Positions 27,961-38,332 of a DNA stretch of 64,000 nucleotides are shown here, piece after piece (the first letter of the stretch is position 1; every line of letters begins with the position of its first letter). The stretch covers positions 64,001-128,000 of the forward strand of contig JBEGVH010000014.1 in the NCBI GenBank assembly GCA_041178425.1, given 5' to 3'. Made by a program: the position numbers and the translations under genes. Under the pieces are notes generated by a model. The model made no database searches. It was given only the letters and a program-made list of their open reading frames with translations, and was not told the DNA's origin. The DNA comes from Pseudomonadota bacterium (GTDB lineage: Bacteria; Bdellovibrionota; Bdellovibrionia; Bdellovibrionales; Bdellovibrionaceae).

Positions 27961-30900
27961 ATGACACACATCGGATCACGGTTCATGGCCTTTGGAACTC
28001 TCATTGTTCTCTTTGTAGCCTTTCAAAACTGTACACCTTCTGACCAAACCCAATTCAGTGGAATTTTTCACTCAAATAATTCGGAAAAACAAATTGAGAC
28101 ACTCTTTGAGAAAGCCTCGCCCGATTTTCCGATCGCCTCTGAAATTTCGGCTATTGAGCCTCAGGCAACATTACCACTTTTGTTTTCTAAACGACCAGAA
28201 CCACCAGCACTTCTTCATGAAGTGTTCGAAGTCGATATCACTCGCAACCCAGACGGCAGCATTCTTCAAACGGCTCCTCAATTTTATCGTCCGATTCGAC
28301 CCACCATTCCGCCAGTTCGCACCACCCACGATGGACGCTTGGGTTTCAACTCTTCTGATGAGCGTCTTTATCTTTTAGCACCTGAAAAAATAACCAGGCC
28401 TTTTCCTTTGAGTGAGCCGGGTCTGAATATTCTTACAAATTCTGATGGATGGCAAAGCCACTGGACACACTTTTTAGAAAAATCGACGGACCCCATTGAA
28501 TCGGGTTTCACTGGTGGGGCCATTTGTAATCATGTGAGGGAATCGGAACAGCCGCGAAAATGTGGAATCAATGACTGTTACGATGTTACATTCATGGGCT
28601 TCCGCACGATCAAGAGTCAAAGTAATCCCAACGGTAATTTAGATCGTGGTTATTTTCGCAGTAGAAAAATAGTTATTGAAGTAGAAAACCCAAAGACTCC
28701 CAATGCTAGAATCCGCGATGTTCGATTAGCTACTCACGATGAACTCAAAGAAAAACCAGACCCAATCGAAATGGACTACAACATTAGCAATTCAAACTTC
28801 GCCTCGTTCGAACCTATGGTAACAAACGATGGAAGACTCTTTGTTGCGAGAGCCAACTTTGTTGCGATCAAAAAGATCGACGATGCCGTGTCGTCTGGAG
28901 ATAACGATGTCGACATCTACTTCATGGTGGCTCCACTTGAGGCCGAACCCTGTGATGCTAGTCAATTTTCCTACGTCAAACGCATTCAACGGGCGCCCTT
29001 TGATCCCGACATGAAAAATCCAAAAACGGGCAAGGCACGCTACGGAATTGCGGAATATCCCATGCGTGACTCCTTCGGAAACTTTATACCTGAAGATGCG
29101 ATGTTTCCGACCTACCCTTGGATTGACCGCGCTGGCAATAATCTTTTCTTCGCCTCTGGAGGCAGCACACTGTTTAGCTACGACTGGAAATTTAATAAGG
29201 TCCCCACAGATGCTCCAGAGAGATCGGCAGTAGAGCAAGAAAGACTCCCGAAATCGTCTCGCTATCCTTCTCGCTGTATTGAAGGAGTCAAAAACTGTGA
29301 TTCCTCGCCTTACAACCCTGAGTCGCCCGAACACGTTCGCGGTTTTGCCATGATTGGCTCTTGGACCCACGGAAAAACGGTCGTTCTCGACGGTATGATT
29401 AACCATACAGATTATGGTTTAAAAAGAGGCCTGCAATTTCAGAGAGAAATAAACTTATATCAATCAAATCGTCAGTACGACGGTTGGGTGCGCGTTGGAG
29501 CAGGGCGCGATTCTGGATCAACTGGCTCAGGCCTTGATAACAAAATTGAAAGCCTATCTGAAAATGCTGAAATAAAAGGAATGGGACCAAACTCTAACAC
29601 TCTCGGATCACTTGAAAATTTAATGAATACCTATCGCTACTTGCGCCCTACTTTACCTCGCAGTCTTGTTTGGACCATCAATAATTCTGTTGGTAGCGAC
29701 GAAATCGCCTTCGATGACTATATCGATAATCGTAGCCTCATTGTATCGAGTATGATTGCTGGTGTAGAATTTATCAATGCTCCTAACTCGCGTTCCGATC
29801 GCTGGTACTACCGAGATGGTTTCGATGGCGAAAATGATAATATTGTTGATAAGCAGAGCCGCGCCATACTGATTCAAAACGCAGCAACTTCTCTAACTCT
29901 TCCGATTCCTCCTTTTGGTTATTTGAGCGCAGGTCGAGTGGAGCCCGTTGCGCTCGGAGGTATTCATGGAAGAGGCCTCTGGCTTGATGGTAGCAATTCT
30001 CTCAGTTACGAATTTTCGACATCAATAACGTCTTCGGAGCTCTTTCTTTCGATCTTCTTTGATAACCGAAGTACTAATGAAAACTTCAGACAACTGATTG
30101 GTTTTCCGGATGGCACGAGAGTTTTTCTTAATTCAACTAAATTAAAGATAAAAAACAACGAGTTTCAATTTGAGGTTCCATTGACGAGCAAAAAATCAAA
30201 TTGGACTCATCTGGGTTTAGCTATTGCAGCCGATGGGAAATCAGGAGCGATTTATTTTAATGGAATGAAAAAACAAAGTTTTACCAGTAATAAACCAATT
30301 TTCAGAATAGAGAATTCAAAAGACAAAATTATTTTGACCATTGGAAAACAAAACGCCCGTGATCCTATGGGTGGCTTTCGCGGTTGGATTGATGAACTGA
30401 AACTTTTCTCCTATATCCCCAGTTCAGAGGTTATTTGCAACCACGCCTTTGGATCGCTTCATTGGCTTAAAGAAGAAGCCACGACTCAATGGCTAGAAGT
30501 GAGCGATAGTTTTCCATTAGAAACTCACAATGAGATATTCAACGAGTTGCCCTCTCACTTCACCAGAGAACAAAACATTTCTCCAAAGGCACGCTTTGTA
30601 TGCACCACCGATTATAAAGACTCCATGGGACTCTATCGTTCACGCTTGCGACATTCAGAAGGGCTTCTTTCATTACGTGATGTACTTTTCTTTTCTATCC
30701 CTAAAGAGGATTCCTCGATTGAAGATGGTCGCCCTCTATGGAACACAAAGAGCATGGATTATAGGAATAACCAGAACTGTTCTGCTTGTCACAACGCCGA
30801 GGAACGAAGGGGTCTAGACCTCGCATCCCTCGAGGCCACTTCGTTTTGTGCACTCAGCGATAAGCGCGAATCTCATTTTTTGGGTCCACGCTACCTTTCT

Positions 30901-31134
30901 GGTCAGGTCACCGATGAACAGCTTCGCGCGATTGATCCTTTTCATGAGCAGTTGAATAAATTTGTAGACCCTCGATCAGGAAGTCTAATGACTCGACCTA
31001 TGCTTTTATCAAGCCGAGCAGGAGTTTCATGTTTGGGCTTCACTCCCAACTCCACACTTCCAAGTCTTACAACAGAAAATACATCGTCGATTATTTTTAA
31101 ACAGGAGCAGATGAGTCCGCCTACCAAAAGGTAG
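27961..31134 (+). CDS. Large lipoprotein with a LamG-like domain and a C-terminal CxxCH motif
   Basis: VAFQNC lipobox-like motif; WTHLG...IYFNG...IG...FRGWIDELKLF (LamG); CSACH. Confidence 0.75.
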   Translation: MTHIGSRFMAFGTLIVLFVAFQNCTPSDQTQFSGIFHSNNSEKQIETLFEKASPDFPIASEISAIEPQATLPLLFSKRPEPPALLHEVFEVDITRNPDGSILQTAPQFYRPIRPTIPPVRTTHDGRLGFNSSDERLYLLAPEKITRPFPLSEPGLNILTNSDGWQSHWTHFLEKSTDPIESGFTGGAICNHVRESEQPRKCGINDCYDVTFMGFRTIKSQSNPNGNLDRGYFRSRKIVIEVENPKTPNARIRDVRLATHDELKEKPDPIEMDYNISNSNFASFEPMVTNDGRLFVARANFVAIKKIDDAVSSGDNDVDIYFMVAPLEAEPCDASQFSYVKRIQRAPFDPDMKNPKTGKARYGIAEYPMRDSFGNFIPEDAMFPTYPWIDRAGNNLFFASGGSTLFSYDWKFNKVPTDAPERSAVEQERLPKSSRYPSRCIEGVKNCDSSPYNPESPEHVRGFAMIGSWTHGKTVVLDGMINHTDYGLKRGLQFQREINLYQSNRQYDGWVRVGAGRDSGSTGSGLDNKIESLSENAEIKGMGPNSNTLGSLENLMNTYRYLRPTLPRSLVWTINNSVGSDEIAFDDYIDNRSLIVSSMIAGVEFINAPNSRSDRWYYRDGFDGENDNIVDKQSRAILIQNAATSLTLPIPPFGYLSAGRVEPVALGGIHGRGLWLDGSNSLSYEFSTSITSSELFLSIFFDNRSTNENFRQLIGFPDGTRVFLNSTKLKIKNNEFQFEVPLTSKKSNWTHLGLAIAADGKSGAIYFNGMKKQSFTSNKPIFRIENSKDKIILTIGKQNARDPMGGFRGWIDELKLFSYIPSSEVICNHAFGSLHWLKEEATTQWLEVSDSFPLETHNEIFNELPSHFTREQNISPKARFVCTTDYKDSMGLYRSRLRHSEGLLSLRDVLFFSIPKEDSSIEDGRPLWNTKSMDYRNNQNCSACHNAEERRGLDLASLEATSFCALSDKRESHFLGPRYLSGQVTDEQLRAIDPFHEQLNKFVDPRSGSLMTRPMLLSSRAGVSCLGFTPNSTLPSLTTENTSSIIFKQEQMSPPTKR

Positions 31135-31190
31135 CGGTAATCATCACTGACGGCCTTTGAAACTTTTTCTTCTTAGGCCGACTCCTTTGT

Positions 31191-32462
31191 TTAAACTCGC
31201 AAGGTCAAGGTTGTTTCATTTTGGTAATTAACCCGCCCCAACTTATCACCCTTAATGGGCTTCACATAGCGACACTCGGTAACGATCACATCGTAGCGAT
31301 CTCCCTCAATCACTTTTTTCTTTCCGATGGTTTCTTTTAATAACCAGAGGGCCGCCTGAACAAGAAGTTGATGATCGACATTTTTTTGGCGAGGACGACG
31401 AACAATCAAGTGTGATCCTGGTAAATCACGCAAATGAAGCCACAAATCCCAACCCTGGGCCCGTCTTAGGAGGGCCATATTATCTTTTGCGGATTTGCCA
31501 AAAACGGCTTCGATACCTTCAGAGAGAATAAGTTTTCTCCCCTTCGCTTTTGCTTTACTTAGGAGCTCCCCGGCCAGAGATTTAACCGGGCGGCCAGGTG
31601 TATCCGCGATTGAGTGGGATTCCGATTGCAACTCATCAATTTCATTTACAAGATGCTCGATTCGCTCAATCATTTGCTCTTTTCTTTTTTCTTGCAGCTT
31701 ATGCCTGTCGAAACATCTTTGCATATTGGCGTTCAGGGGTATTGCAGGATCAATCAGTTTCGCCCAATCTTCGGGAACCTCGATACTTTGATGGATTTTT
31801 AGATATTCTCCAACTGCCAACCAAGGTTTATCCATAGATTTTAAATCATCCTGCAATTTATTGATCAGAGATTGTTTTTTTGCGACCTCTTTTTGTTTCC
31901 TTTTTTCTTTAACATCTAATTCGTCGACGGCTACTTTTTTACTGCTGCCTCCTAGAATTGCCCCCATCCAATCATCGAGATAACCCTCGATATCGAAAGA
32001 CTCCCTCAATGCATTATCGGTTGTTGTCGAGGATGGAGGTAGGCTTTTTGCCGGAAACAACGAAAGCGATTTTTCGGGTGTCTTAACAATAATGTTAACT
32101 CCATGAGGTATAAGGCGAATCTCTACTTCGCATTCACAATTTGAACCATAGATGAGCTTTATAACTCGCCCCAAAGTTTCGTCGGTGATGATATTGGTGA
32201 GGCGATGGTTTCTCGCATGTGCCTTGAGAAAAAGAACAATTGGCTTAACAAGTGATTTTTTCTTAGGAATATCACCATAAAAGTAACCCAAACGAGGCGC
32301 CAACGGTTTTAATTCAACGCCAATAGTGAAAGCGACCTTTGCATAATGCTGGAGGAAGAGATGATTTTCGGTGAGAACGATTTCTTGAAGTTGAGAACCC
32401 AGCCCATAGAGCCTAATATTTTCGACTAGTAGTTTTAATTGCTCTATTCTCAATGCCGCCAC
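31191..32462 (-). CDS. NFACT (FbpA/RqcH-like) RNA-binding domain protein
   Basis: GKSAKDN, DLWLHLRDLPGSH and RYVKPIKGDKLGRVNY motifs; coiled coils. Confidence 0.88.
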   Translation of the reverse strand: MAALRIEQLKLLVENIRLYGLGSQLQEIVLTENHLFLQHYAKVAFTIGVELKPLAPRLGYFYGDIPKKKSLVKPIVLFLKAHARNHRLTNIITDETLGRVIKLIYGSNCECEVEIRLIPHGVNIIVKTPEKSLSLFPAKSLPPSSTTTDNALRESFDIEGYLDDWMGAILGGSSKKVAVDELDVKEKRKQKEVAKKQSLINKLQDDLKSMDKPWLAVGEYLKIHQSIEVPEDWAKLIDPAIPLNANMQRCFDRHKLQEKRKEQMIERIEHLVNEIDELQSESHSIADTPGRPVKSLAGELLSKAKAKGRKLILSEGIEAVFGKSAKDNMALLRRAQGWDLWLHLRDLPGSHLIVRRPRQKNVDHQLLVQAALWLLKETIGKKKVIEGDRYDVIVTECRYVKPIKGDKLGRVNYQNETTLTLRV

Positions 32463-32561
32463 AACAACCCACTTTAAGCAGAACTTAGTATTTTAGTTTT
32501 GATATTTCTTATTTGAGCAAAGAAGGTTTTATTTAGCAAACTTTAGGTGATTGTAATTTAG

Positions 32562-32900
32562 TCAAAGGTCTCTTCCCACTTTAAACAAGTGTACTTTATC
32601 CGAATAATCCACCATGGCCAAAAAGAAGTGGGCTTGTTCTTTTTCTGCTAAAAGGGCCGCAACCCTCGTAAAACGCTGTTTTTGTCGAATTGGCCATCGC
32701 TGTAAATAAAAATCAGTTGATTTTACTGACTTAACCTCAACATAAACACGCCCCCTTGGTCCGACGAAAATCCAATCGAACTCAACTCCAAAAATTTTCT
32801 TTTGATGAAAAAGCACCCGATGAGCACGGGCACAAAAATACTCGCAGACTAATTGCTCGGCGTATTCACCTCGAGCGTGGGCCCATGGTCGCCTATCCAC
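32562..32900 (-). CDS. YraN family protein (UPF0102)
   Basis: GEYAEQ, EFD..F, YVEVKS; position downstream of rnhB. Confidence 0.8.
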   Translation of the reverse strand: MDRRPWAHARGEYAEQLVCEYFCARAHRVLFHQKKIFGVEFDWIFVGPRGRVYVEVKSVKSTDFYLQRWPIRQKQRFTRVAALLAEKEQAHFFLAMVDYSDKVHLFKVGRDL

Positions 32901-33529
32901 GGCTCACCTCGCCAGTATTCTCGGACTCCTCCAAAGGAGCGTCGGTGAACCCGACAAGGACCAATTTTCTGAATTGCATGACGATGTTCTTCGGTTGCAT
33001 AACCTTTATGTTTTTCAAACCCATACCCCGGATAATTCAGTGCAAGGGCTTGCATAAATTGATCCCGAGCCACTTTTGCGCATATAGCAGCCGCGGAGAT
33101 CGGCGCCGCCCGAAGATCGCCCTTGATGAGCGGAGTCTGGACAAAATTTTTCATATTAGGAATCGGAAATTTACCATCAACAAGAATATGACCGGAGGTC
33201 ACCCCAAGGCCTTCAACGGCCCTCCGCATCGCCAATAGAGAGGCTTGAAAGATGTTGAGCTTATCTATTTCTTCTTCGGTGGCCCATGCGACACACACCC
33301 GATGATGAGTTTTAATTTGTTCAGAGAGTCGTTCTCGCTTTTCTTCACTCAATAGCTTGGAGTCGGTGAGCTCAGATTCAACAGCCTCACTGAGAAGAAT
33401 GGCTGCTCCCGCATAGACCGGGCCAGCAAGACAACCTCGCCCTACCTCATCGACACCAATGACCGGCCCGGGAGTTATTAAACGCCAATCAATCTTTTCA
33501 AAGACAGGTTTGTTTTTTTTCTCTGCCAT
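32849..33529 (-). CDS. rnhB: Ribonuclease HII
   Basis: [26 protein letters not shown] and HKGY motifs. Confidence 0.97.
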   Translation of the reverse strand: MAEKKNKPVFEKIDWRLITPGPVIGVDEVGRGCLAGPVYAGAAILLSEAVESELTDSKLLSEEKRERLSEQIKTHHRVCVAWATEEEIDKLNIFQASLLAMRRAVEGLGVTSGHILVDGKFPIPNMKNFVQTPLIKGDLRAAPISAAAICAKVARDQFMQALALNYPGYGFEKHKGYATEEHRHAIQKIGPCRVHRRSFGGVREYWRGEPWIGDHGPTLEVNTPSN

Positions 33530-33600
33530 TCCCTACCCCCATCACTATCACTGGTGCTCCAAGCTTCTGACTCCACCATCCCCATCAGAGCTCAAAATAA

Positions 33601-33629
33601 AAAAGGAGATCTTTTTAGGATCTCCTTTT
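33601..33629 (-). terminator. Intrinsic terminator after rplS
   Basis: AAAAGGAGATC-N7-GATCTCCTTTT, with a T-run on the minus strand. Confidence 0.85.
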
Positions 33630-33659
33630 AAAAAATAAACAAAAAAGCAATTAAAGCAA

Positions 33660-34046
33660 TTAAGCCTGAGTTTTTTCAGCGGCTGCAGATTCTCCACCAC
33701 CCACAAGAGCGAATTTGATTTTAGCAGCTTTACCTTTAAGCTCACGGAGGTAGAAAAGACGTGAACGACGAACTTTACCACGGCTATCGATTTCAACTTT
33801 ATCAATAGAAGGGCTCAAGAACGGAAAGGTTCTTTCTACGCCAACTCCCGCAGACATTTTACGAACTGTAAAGCTACGGCTAGCACCAGAACCTTGAACT
33901 TTAGTCACTACGCCTTTGTAGATCTGAATACGCTCTTTATCACCTTCTTTAACTTTCATGTGAACACTGACAGTGTCACCAGATCCGAATTCTGGGTGAT
34001 TATTTTTCTTGTTCAAAAGTGATATTTTTCTAACGAGATCGCTCAT
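33660..34046 (-). CDS. rplS: 50S ribosomal protein L19
   Basis: [26 protein letters not shown] and GKVRR motifs. Confidence 0.98.
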   Translation of the reverse strand: MSDLVRKISLLNKKNNHPEFGSGDTVSVHMKVKEGDKERIQIYKGVVTKVQGSGASRSFTVRKMSAGVGVERTFPFLSPSIDKVEIDSRGKVRRSRLFYLRELKGKAAKIKFALVGGGESAAAEKTQA

Positions 34047-34096
34047 CTTATTTTCCTCATTCTACAGTTAGATCTAAAGCTCTAAGGGGCCAAGGA

Positions 34097-34672
34097 TTAC
34101 CATGGTCCCATTAAGCGGTCAAGACAGATACTTGCGGCTGATCGCACAGAAAGATGGCGATAGTCATCCGGGGGAGCCCCTCTTATAGACTCCAAAACCC
34201 CGTCGCAACCCTGCATAAACTCAGTGGTTAAACCAAATCCTGTGCCCAAAATCAAGAACACAGATTGTTTATCTTCATGTAAAGTCTTTCGTAATTCCCC
34301 AAAAGTGTAAGATTTTACTCCTTCTACGGGGCGAGCATGGGTGGCGATCTTCAAACAAGGAGTACCCCAGTCATTTAAAGCGGCCTCTAAAGAGGGTGCC
34401 GTATGCACATCGGTGAGAGCCGTGCGACGCTTAGGGTTGTAACCGGATCCTGTTCCCACTCTCCAGTGGTCCAAAATACGGTCGACGAACATTAATTGTT
34501 CTTTCATAGGATGGATAATGTAATATCTTTCTACCCCATAAACTCTTGAAGCCCGAGCTATGTCATGAATATCAAAATTAGTGATATTCGTTGCCACGAT
34601 ATCACCGGCCCGATCCTTAATGGGATAGTGCACAAGGCCCACGGCCAAGCGGGGCACATAGGGAGCTGTCAT
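34097..34672 (-). CDS. SPOUT RNA methyltransferase, TM1570/DUF2168 family
   Basis: LVHYP, TNFDIHDIARASRVYG, GTGFGL and HLSVRSAASICLDRL motifs. Confidence 0.92.
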   Translation of the reverse strand: MTAPYVPRLAVGLVHYPIKDRAGDIVATNITNFDIHDIARASRVYGVERYYIIHPMKEQLMFVDRILDHWRVGTGSGYNPKRRTALTDVHTAPSLEAALNDWGTPCLKIATHARPVEGVKSYTFGELRKTLHEDKQSVFLILGTGFGLTTEFMQGCDGVLESIRGAPPDDYRHLSVRSAASICLDRLMGPW

Positions 34673-34689
34673 TTTTTCTCCTTGAGAAC

Positions 34690-35538
34690 CTACAAAACCT
34701 TATAGTGGTGTAATTGATTCTCGAAATCCTCAAGGTTTTTACGAGTTAAGCCCAAAGAGGTCAATGCGTTACTGGAACTACCCTTGAGTTTATCCATTGC
34801 TCTTTGCCATACCTTTTTCTTAACAACCTGACGTAGCATATAGGATTCAAATAAATCTGGGCGCTTAACAAAGGTAACCATAACTCCTATCAACCAACGA
34901 TCCTCGGCGATCTGGGCATGATTACCGGTTAAAAGAAACTCCGGAACGATCTGCCCCTGCCACTCTCTCGGGCGAGTATAACAGGGAGACTCTAATAGTC
35001 CGTCTCCAGCGAAACTATCTTCTGTTGAAGACGCTTCATGCCCCAAAACACCCTCTATCTGGCGCCCAACCGCATCAATAACAACAAGGGCCCCCAACTC
35101 ACCGCCACTCAGTACGTAGTCTCCTAACGAGATCTCTTCAAACTCATGGTGATTAACGAATCGCTGATCAACACCAGCATACCGACCACAGAGCAAGAGA
35201 AGATGTTTTTCTTTGGCAAGCTCCATAACCAACTCATGGGTTAGAGTCCGACCCTGGGGCGACAGAAATATTTTGCGGATTTTTTGACTATCAGAACTTG
35301 GCTGGGCATCGGTCGTAATATGATCCACACATTGATGAAGCGGCTCAGCCATCATCACCATGCCATCACCACCACCAAATGGACGATCGTCAACCGTTTT
35401 ATGAACATCGTGGGTCCACATTCGCGGAGTATAAATATTAACTTGAATTTTATTCTTACTAACCGCCTGCCCCACAACTCCCAACTTAACAACTTGAGAG
35501 ATTAAATCGGGAAAAAGGGTTATAACGGAAAACTTCAT
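34690..35538 (-). CDS. trmD: tRNA (guanine37-N1)-methyltransferase
   Basis: VDDRPFGGGDGM, LSPQG, SLGDYVLSGGE and YTRP motifs; synteny. Confidence 0.97.
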   Translation of the reverse strand: MKFSVITLFPDLISQVVKLGVVGQAVSKNKIQVNIYTPRMWTHDVHKTVDDRPFGGGDGMVMMAEPLHQCVDHITTDAQPSSDSQKIRKIFLSPQGRTLTHELVMELAKEKHLLLLCGRYAGVDQRFVNHHEFEEISLGDYVLSGGELGALVVIDAVGRQIEGVLGHEASSTEDSFAGDGLLESPCYTRPREWQGQIVPEFLLTGNHAQIAEDRWLIGVMVTFVKRPDLFESYMLRQVVKKKVWQRAMDKLKGSSSNALTSLGLTRKNLEDFENQLHHYKVL

Positions 35539-36080
35539 TTTTTCGATTCTCTTTGAATCTCTATGAGTCCCTCAGGGAGCTCCATAAAAATTTTTTTCTC
35601 TTCGAAATCAATCTCAACCAAAAATTCTTCTACAAGAGGAATCTCTGCAATTCCAAAATCCATCCGAACATGAAGGAGGTCCTGGACCGTATTGGTGCCG
35701 AATCCTTCTATAATGCCTAAGCGAACCTCATCATCGTAGACTTCAAAACCTTCGATTTCCGCCAAATAAAACGTGTCATCACCTTCATCCGAGACAAAAA
35801 ACGAACCACTTACATAAACCAACTGAGCCCTCAATTTTTCAGCCTCAGTACGATCATTAACCCCTTCGATAAAAACAAGAAAACCATCTTTGAAAGGACG
35901 GAGAGACTTAACGAGATGAGTGGTTCGTTGTCCTTTGGCATCTTCAAAGACCACTTCTGTTAATTCATCTATCCAACTGATATCTTTTGAGAAGACATAA
36001 ATATAGAGCTCGCCTTTAAGACCATGAACCCCAGAAATTTTACCAATTTTTCGCAAAGATTCAGAAAGTGCGGTCATCAA
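35535..36080 (-). CDS. rimM: Ribosome maturation factor RimM
   Basis: IGKISGVHGLKGEL, DRTEAEKLR and PRC-barrel C-terminus. Confidence 0.96.
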   Translation of the reverse strand: MMTALSESLRKIGKISGVHGLKGELYIYVFSKDISWIDELTEVVFEDAKGQRTTHLVKSLRPFKDGFLVFIEGVNDRTEAEKLRAQLVYVSGSFFVSDEGDDTFYLAEIEGFEVYDDEVRLGIIEGFGTNTVQDLLHVRMDFGIAEIPLVEEFLVEIDFEEKKIFMELPEGLIEIQRESKK

Positions 36081-36150
36081 TATATCCTGTTCTTATTTTG
36101 ATAGAAAAAACGGTTCAGTTTTTATCAGATATAAAATCAAAAGGCTCTTA

Positions 36151-36180
36151 AAAAAAAAGGGGACTTCACAGTCCCCTTTT
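36151..36180 (-). terminator. Intrinsic terminator between khpA and rimM
   Basis: Minus strand GGGGACT-GTGA-AGTCCCC followed by 8 T. Confidence 0.88.
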
Positions 36181-36205
36181 ACAAATACTCTTTTAAAAAG
36201 AACAA

Positions 36206-36448
36206 CTACTCAACAATCTCAAGAACACTTCGCTTATTAACCTTAGCGCTAGCAGCAGTAAGAATGGTTCGCATTGCTCGAGCAGTTTTACCTTGCTTTC
36301 CAATCACTTTACCTAGGTCTTGTTTTGCTACTTTGAGCTCAACAACAGTAGTTTGTTCACCCATTACCTCTTTGACCTCCACTTGATCTGGATGGTCGAC
36401 AAGAGACTTAACCATGAACTCTACAACATCTTTCAGGCCTGAACTCAT
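36206..36448 (-). CDS. khpA: KH domain RNA-binding protein KhpA
   Basis: [13 protein letters not shown] motif; position between rpsP and rimM. Confidence 0.95.
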   Translation of the reverse strand: MSSGLKDVVEFMVKSLVDHPDQVEVKEVMGEQTTVVELKVAKQDLGKVIGKQGKTARAMRTILTAASAKVNKRSVLEIVE

Positions 36449-36558
36449 AAAATTTCCCTCACTCTAGAATAGCCTTAGCACTCATATTCTTTTAAGCACG
36501 GAAACAGGTGCTTACACTTTTAAGTTGAATACGAAACCAAGAATGAATCAAGAACTTC

Positions 36559-36804
36559 TTACTTCTGAGCCTGTTTCATTAGGTGCTGGACTCGAGCAGT
36601 GGGTTTAGCACCTTTCTTGATCCATTCGTTGATTTTAGGAAGATCAATATGAATGCTTTCTGTTTGAACACCCACTTTAGGAATGTAATAACCCAAGTTA
36701 TCCAAGTATTTACCAGTTACATAGCGGCGAGAATCAGCCACCATTAAACGATACTTAGGCTTATGTTTAGAACCACAACGGGCTAAGCGAATCACAACTG
36801 CCAT
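36559..36804 (-). CDS. rpsP: 30S ribosomal protein S16
   Basis: VIRLAR.G.K..P.YR..VADSR and W...GA.PT motifs. Confidence 0.97.
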   Translation of the reverse strand: MAVVIRLARCGSKHKPKYRLMVADSRRYVTGKYLDNLGYYIPKVGVQTESIHIDLPKINEWIKKGAKPTARVQHLMKQAQK

Positions 36805-36964
36805 CGCAAACTCTCCTCAAAAACAATAAAAACGCTCTTTTAAGCGTGCTCTCAGTTTGATTTAAAAAACGAGCATCTGGAGTCTTTACCGATAAAGACT
36901 TGCAAACGCAAGACTTTTATCCCGAAAATGACTTCAAATACAAGGTTTCTCCCCAATTTCTATT

Positions 36965-38305
36965 CTAGAAGCCAAATGGCGAACGCCCGCCACTCCCTCG
37001 CCCCATACCCATCTTCATGAATTGACTCATCATTTTCTTTGAATCCTCAAATTGCTTAATGAAGCGGTTAACGTCTCTCACCTCGGTGCCACTACCCTTT
37101 GCAATGCGCGCTCGTCGCGATCCATTCAAGATCTTATGATTACGGCGTTCCTGAACGGTCATTGAACGAATGATCGCTTCAATTTTTTTGATTTCTTGGT
37201 CTGGTGGGGTCATATCCTTGAGTTGCTTAGTTAGTTGCCCCATACCTGGAATAAACTTGAGGATTCCATCAAATCCTCCCAACTTCTTAAGCTGTTGAAT
37301 CTGCTGCAAAAAATCTTCGACCGTGAACTCATTGCGCATCATCTTTCGGGCCGATTCCTCAGCCTCTTTGGCATCGATCACCTCTTGAGCTTTTTCAACA
37401 AGAGTTAATACGTCGCCCATATCAAGAATGCGGGAGGCTAATCGATCGGGGTGAAAAACTTCTAGGGCAGCCACCTTCTCGCCCATTCCAAGAAATTTGA
37501 TAGGAATCCCCGTCACTTCGCGAATACTTAAAGCCGCACCCCCACGCGCGTCGCCATCAACCTTTGTAAGCACCAAGCCCGTAAGCCCCAGCCTCTTATG
37601 AAAACCTTCGGCCACATTGACAGACTGTTGACCCAACATTGCGTCGGCCACCAACAGAACCTCATGAGGCGTCCAAATTCCTTTAATTCTCTCGAGCTCA
37701 CCCATTAATTCGTCATCAATCTGCAAACGCCCCGCAGTATCGACAATCACCACATCGAGATCTTCGGCTAGAGCCCATGATTTGGCACCAGACACAATCT
37801 CCTCAGGCTTTTGAGTAGTTAATGACGGATAAACGGGAATGCTATTTTGCTTACCGAGCGTTTGTAACTGATCAATAGCCGCTGGCCGGTAAATATCAGC
37901 AGGAACCAAACCCACTTTTTTATTTAATTTCTTTCGAATATGAAGCGCCAACTTGGCACAAGAGGTCGTCTTACCAGCACCCTGCAAACCAACCAGAAAG
38001 AGAACGGAGGGCTTCTCTTTAACTTGAATTTCAACGGCATCAGTCCCAAGGACTCTGACCAACTCATCATGAACAATCTTAACAAATTGTTGCCCCGGAT
38101 TAACCCCTTCAAGAACATCAGCCCCCATGGCTTGAGCTTTAACTCGATCTATGAAATTCTTGACCACCTTAAAATTGACATCAGCTTCAAGAAGACTCAT
38201 GCGAATCTCTTTAATAGCGTCTTCAATATTGCTTTCTGAAATCTTATTTTGACCTTTGAGTTTTTTAAAGCTGCCGAGAATTTTGTCTGATAACTGATTA
38301 AACAT
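36965..38305 (-). CDS. ffh: Signal recognition particle protein
   Basis: GLQGAGKTT, DTAGRL, TKVDGDARGG and a Met-rich M domain. Confidence 0.99.
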   Translation of the reverse strand: MFNQLSDKILGSFKKLKGQNKISESNIEDAIKEIRMSLLEADVNFKVVKNFIDRVKAQAMGADVLEGVNPGQQFVKIVHDELVRVLGTDAVEIQVKEKPSVLFLVGLQGAGKTTSCAKLALHIRKKLNKKVGLVPADIYRPAAIDQLQTLGKQNSIPVYPSLTTQKPEEIVSGAKSWALAEDLDVVIVDTAGRLQIDDELMGELERIKGIWTPHEVLLVADAMLGQQSVNVAEGFHKRLGLTGLVLTKVDGDARGGAALSIREVTGIPIKFLGMGEKVAALEVFHPDRLASRILDMGDVLTLVEKAQEVIDAKEAEESARKMMRNEFTVEDFLQQIQQLKKLGGFDGILKFIPGMGQLTKQLKDMTPPDQEIKKIEAIIRSMTVQERRNHKILNGSRRARIAKGSGTEVRDVNRFIKQFEDSKKMMSQFMKMGMGRGSGGRSPFGF

Positions 38306-38332
38306 TCTAAACTCCTCTTAATTTCTCGGCAA

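Noticed and set aside
28792..29406. 204-aa antisense ORF and the many other 60-160 aa shadow ORFs (e.g. 32756-33238, 53708-54052, 33548-33805, 50170-50376)
   Set aside because: They lie on or opposite well-supported genes or terminators and have no recognisable motifs or SD.
32849..32900. 52-bp rnhB/yraN overlap as a frameshift or fusion
   Set aside because: Both domains are complete in their own frames, I see no slippery site, and this adjacency is common.
36805..36964. SRP RNA (ffs) or another ncRNA beside ffh
   Set aside because: Only short stems are present, with no long hairpin carrying the conserved GGAA-tetraloop domain.
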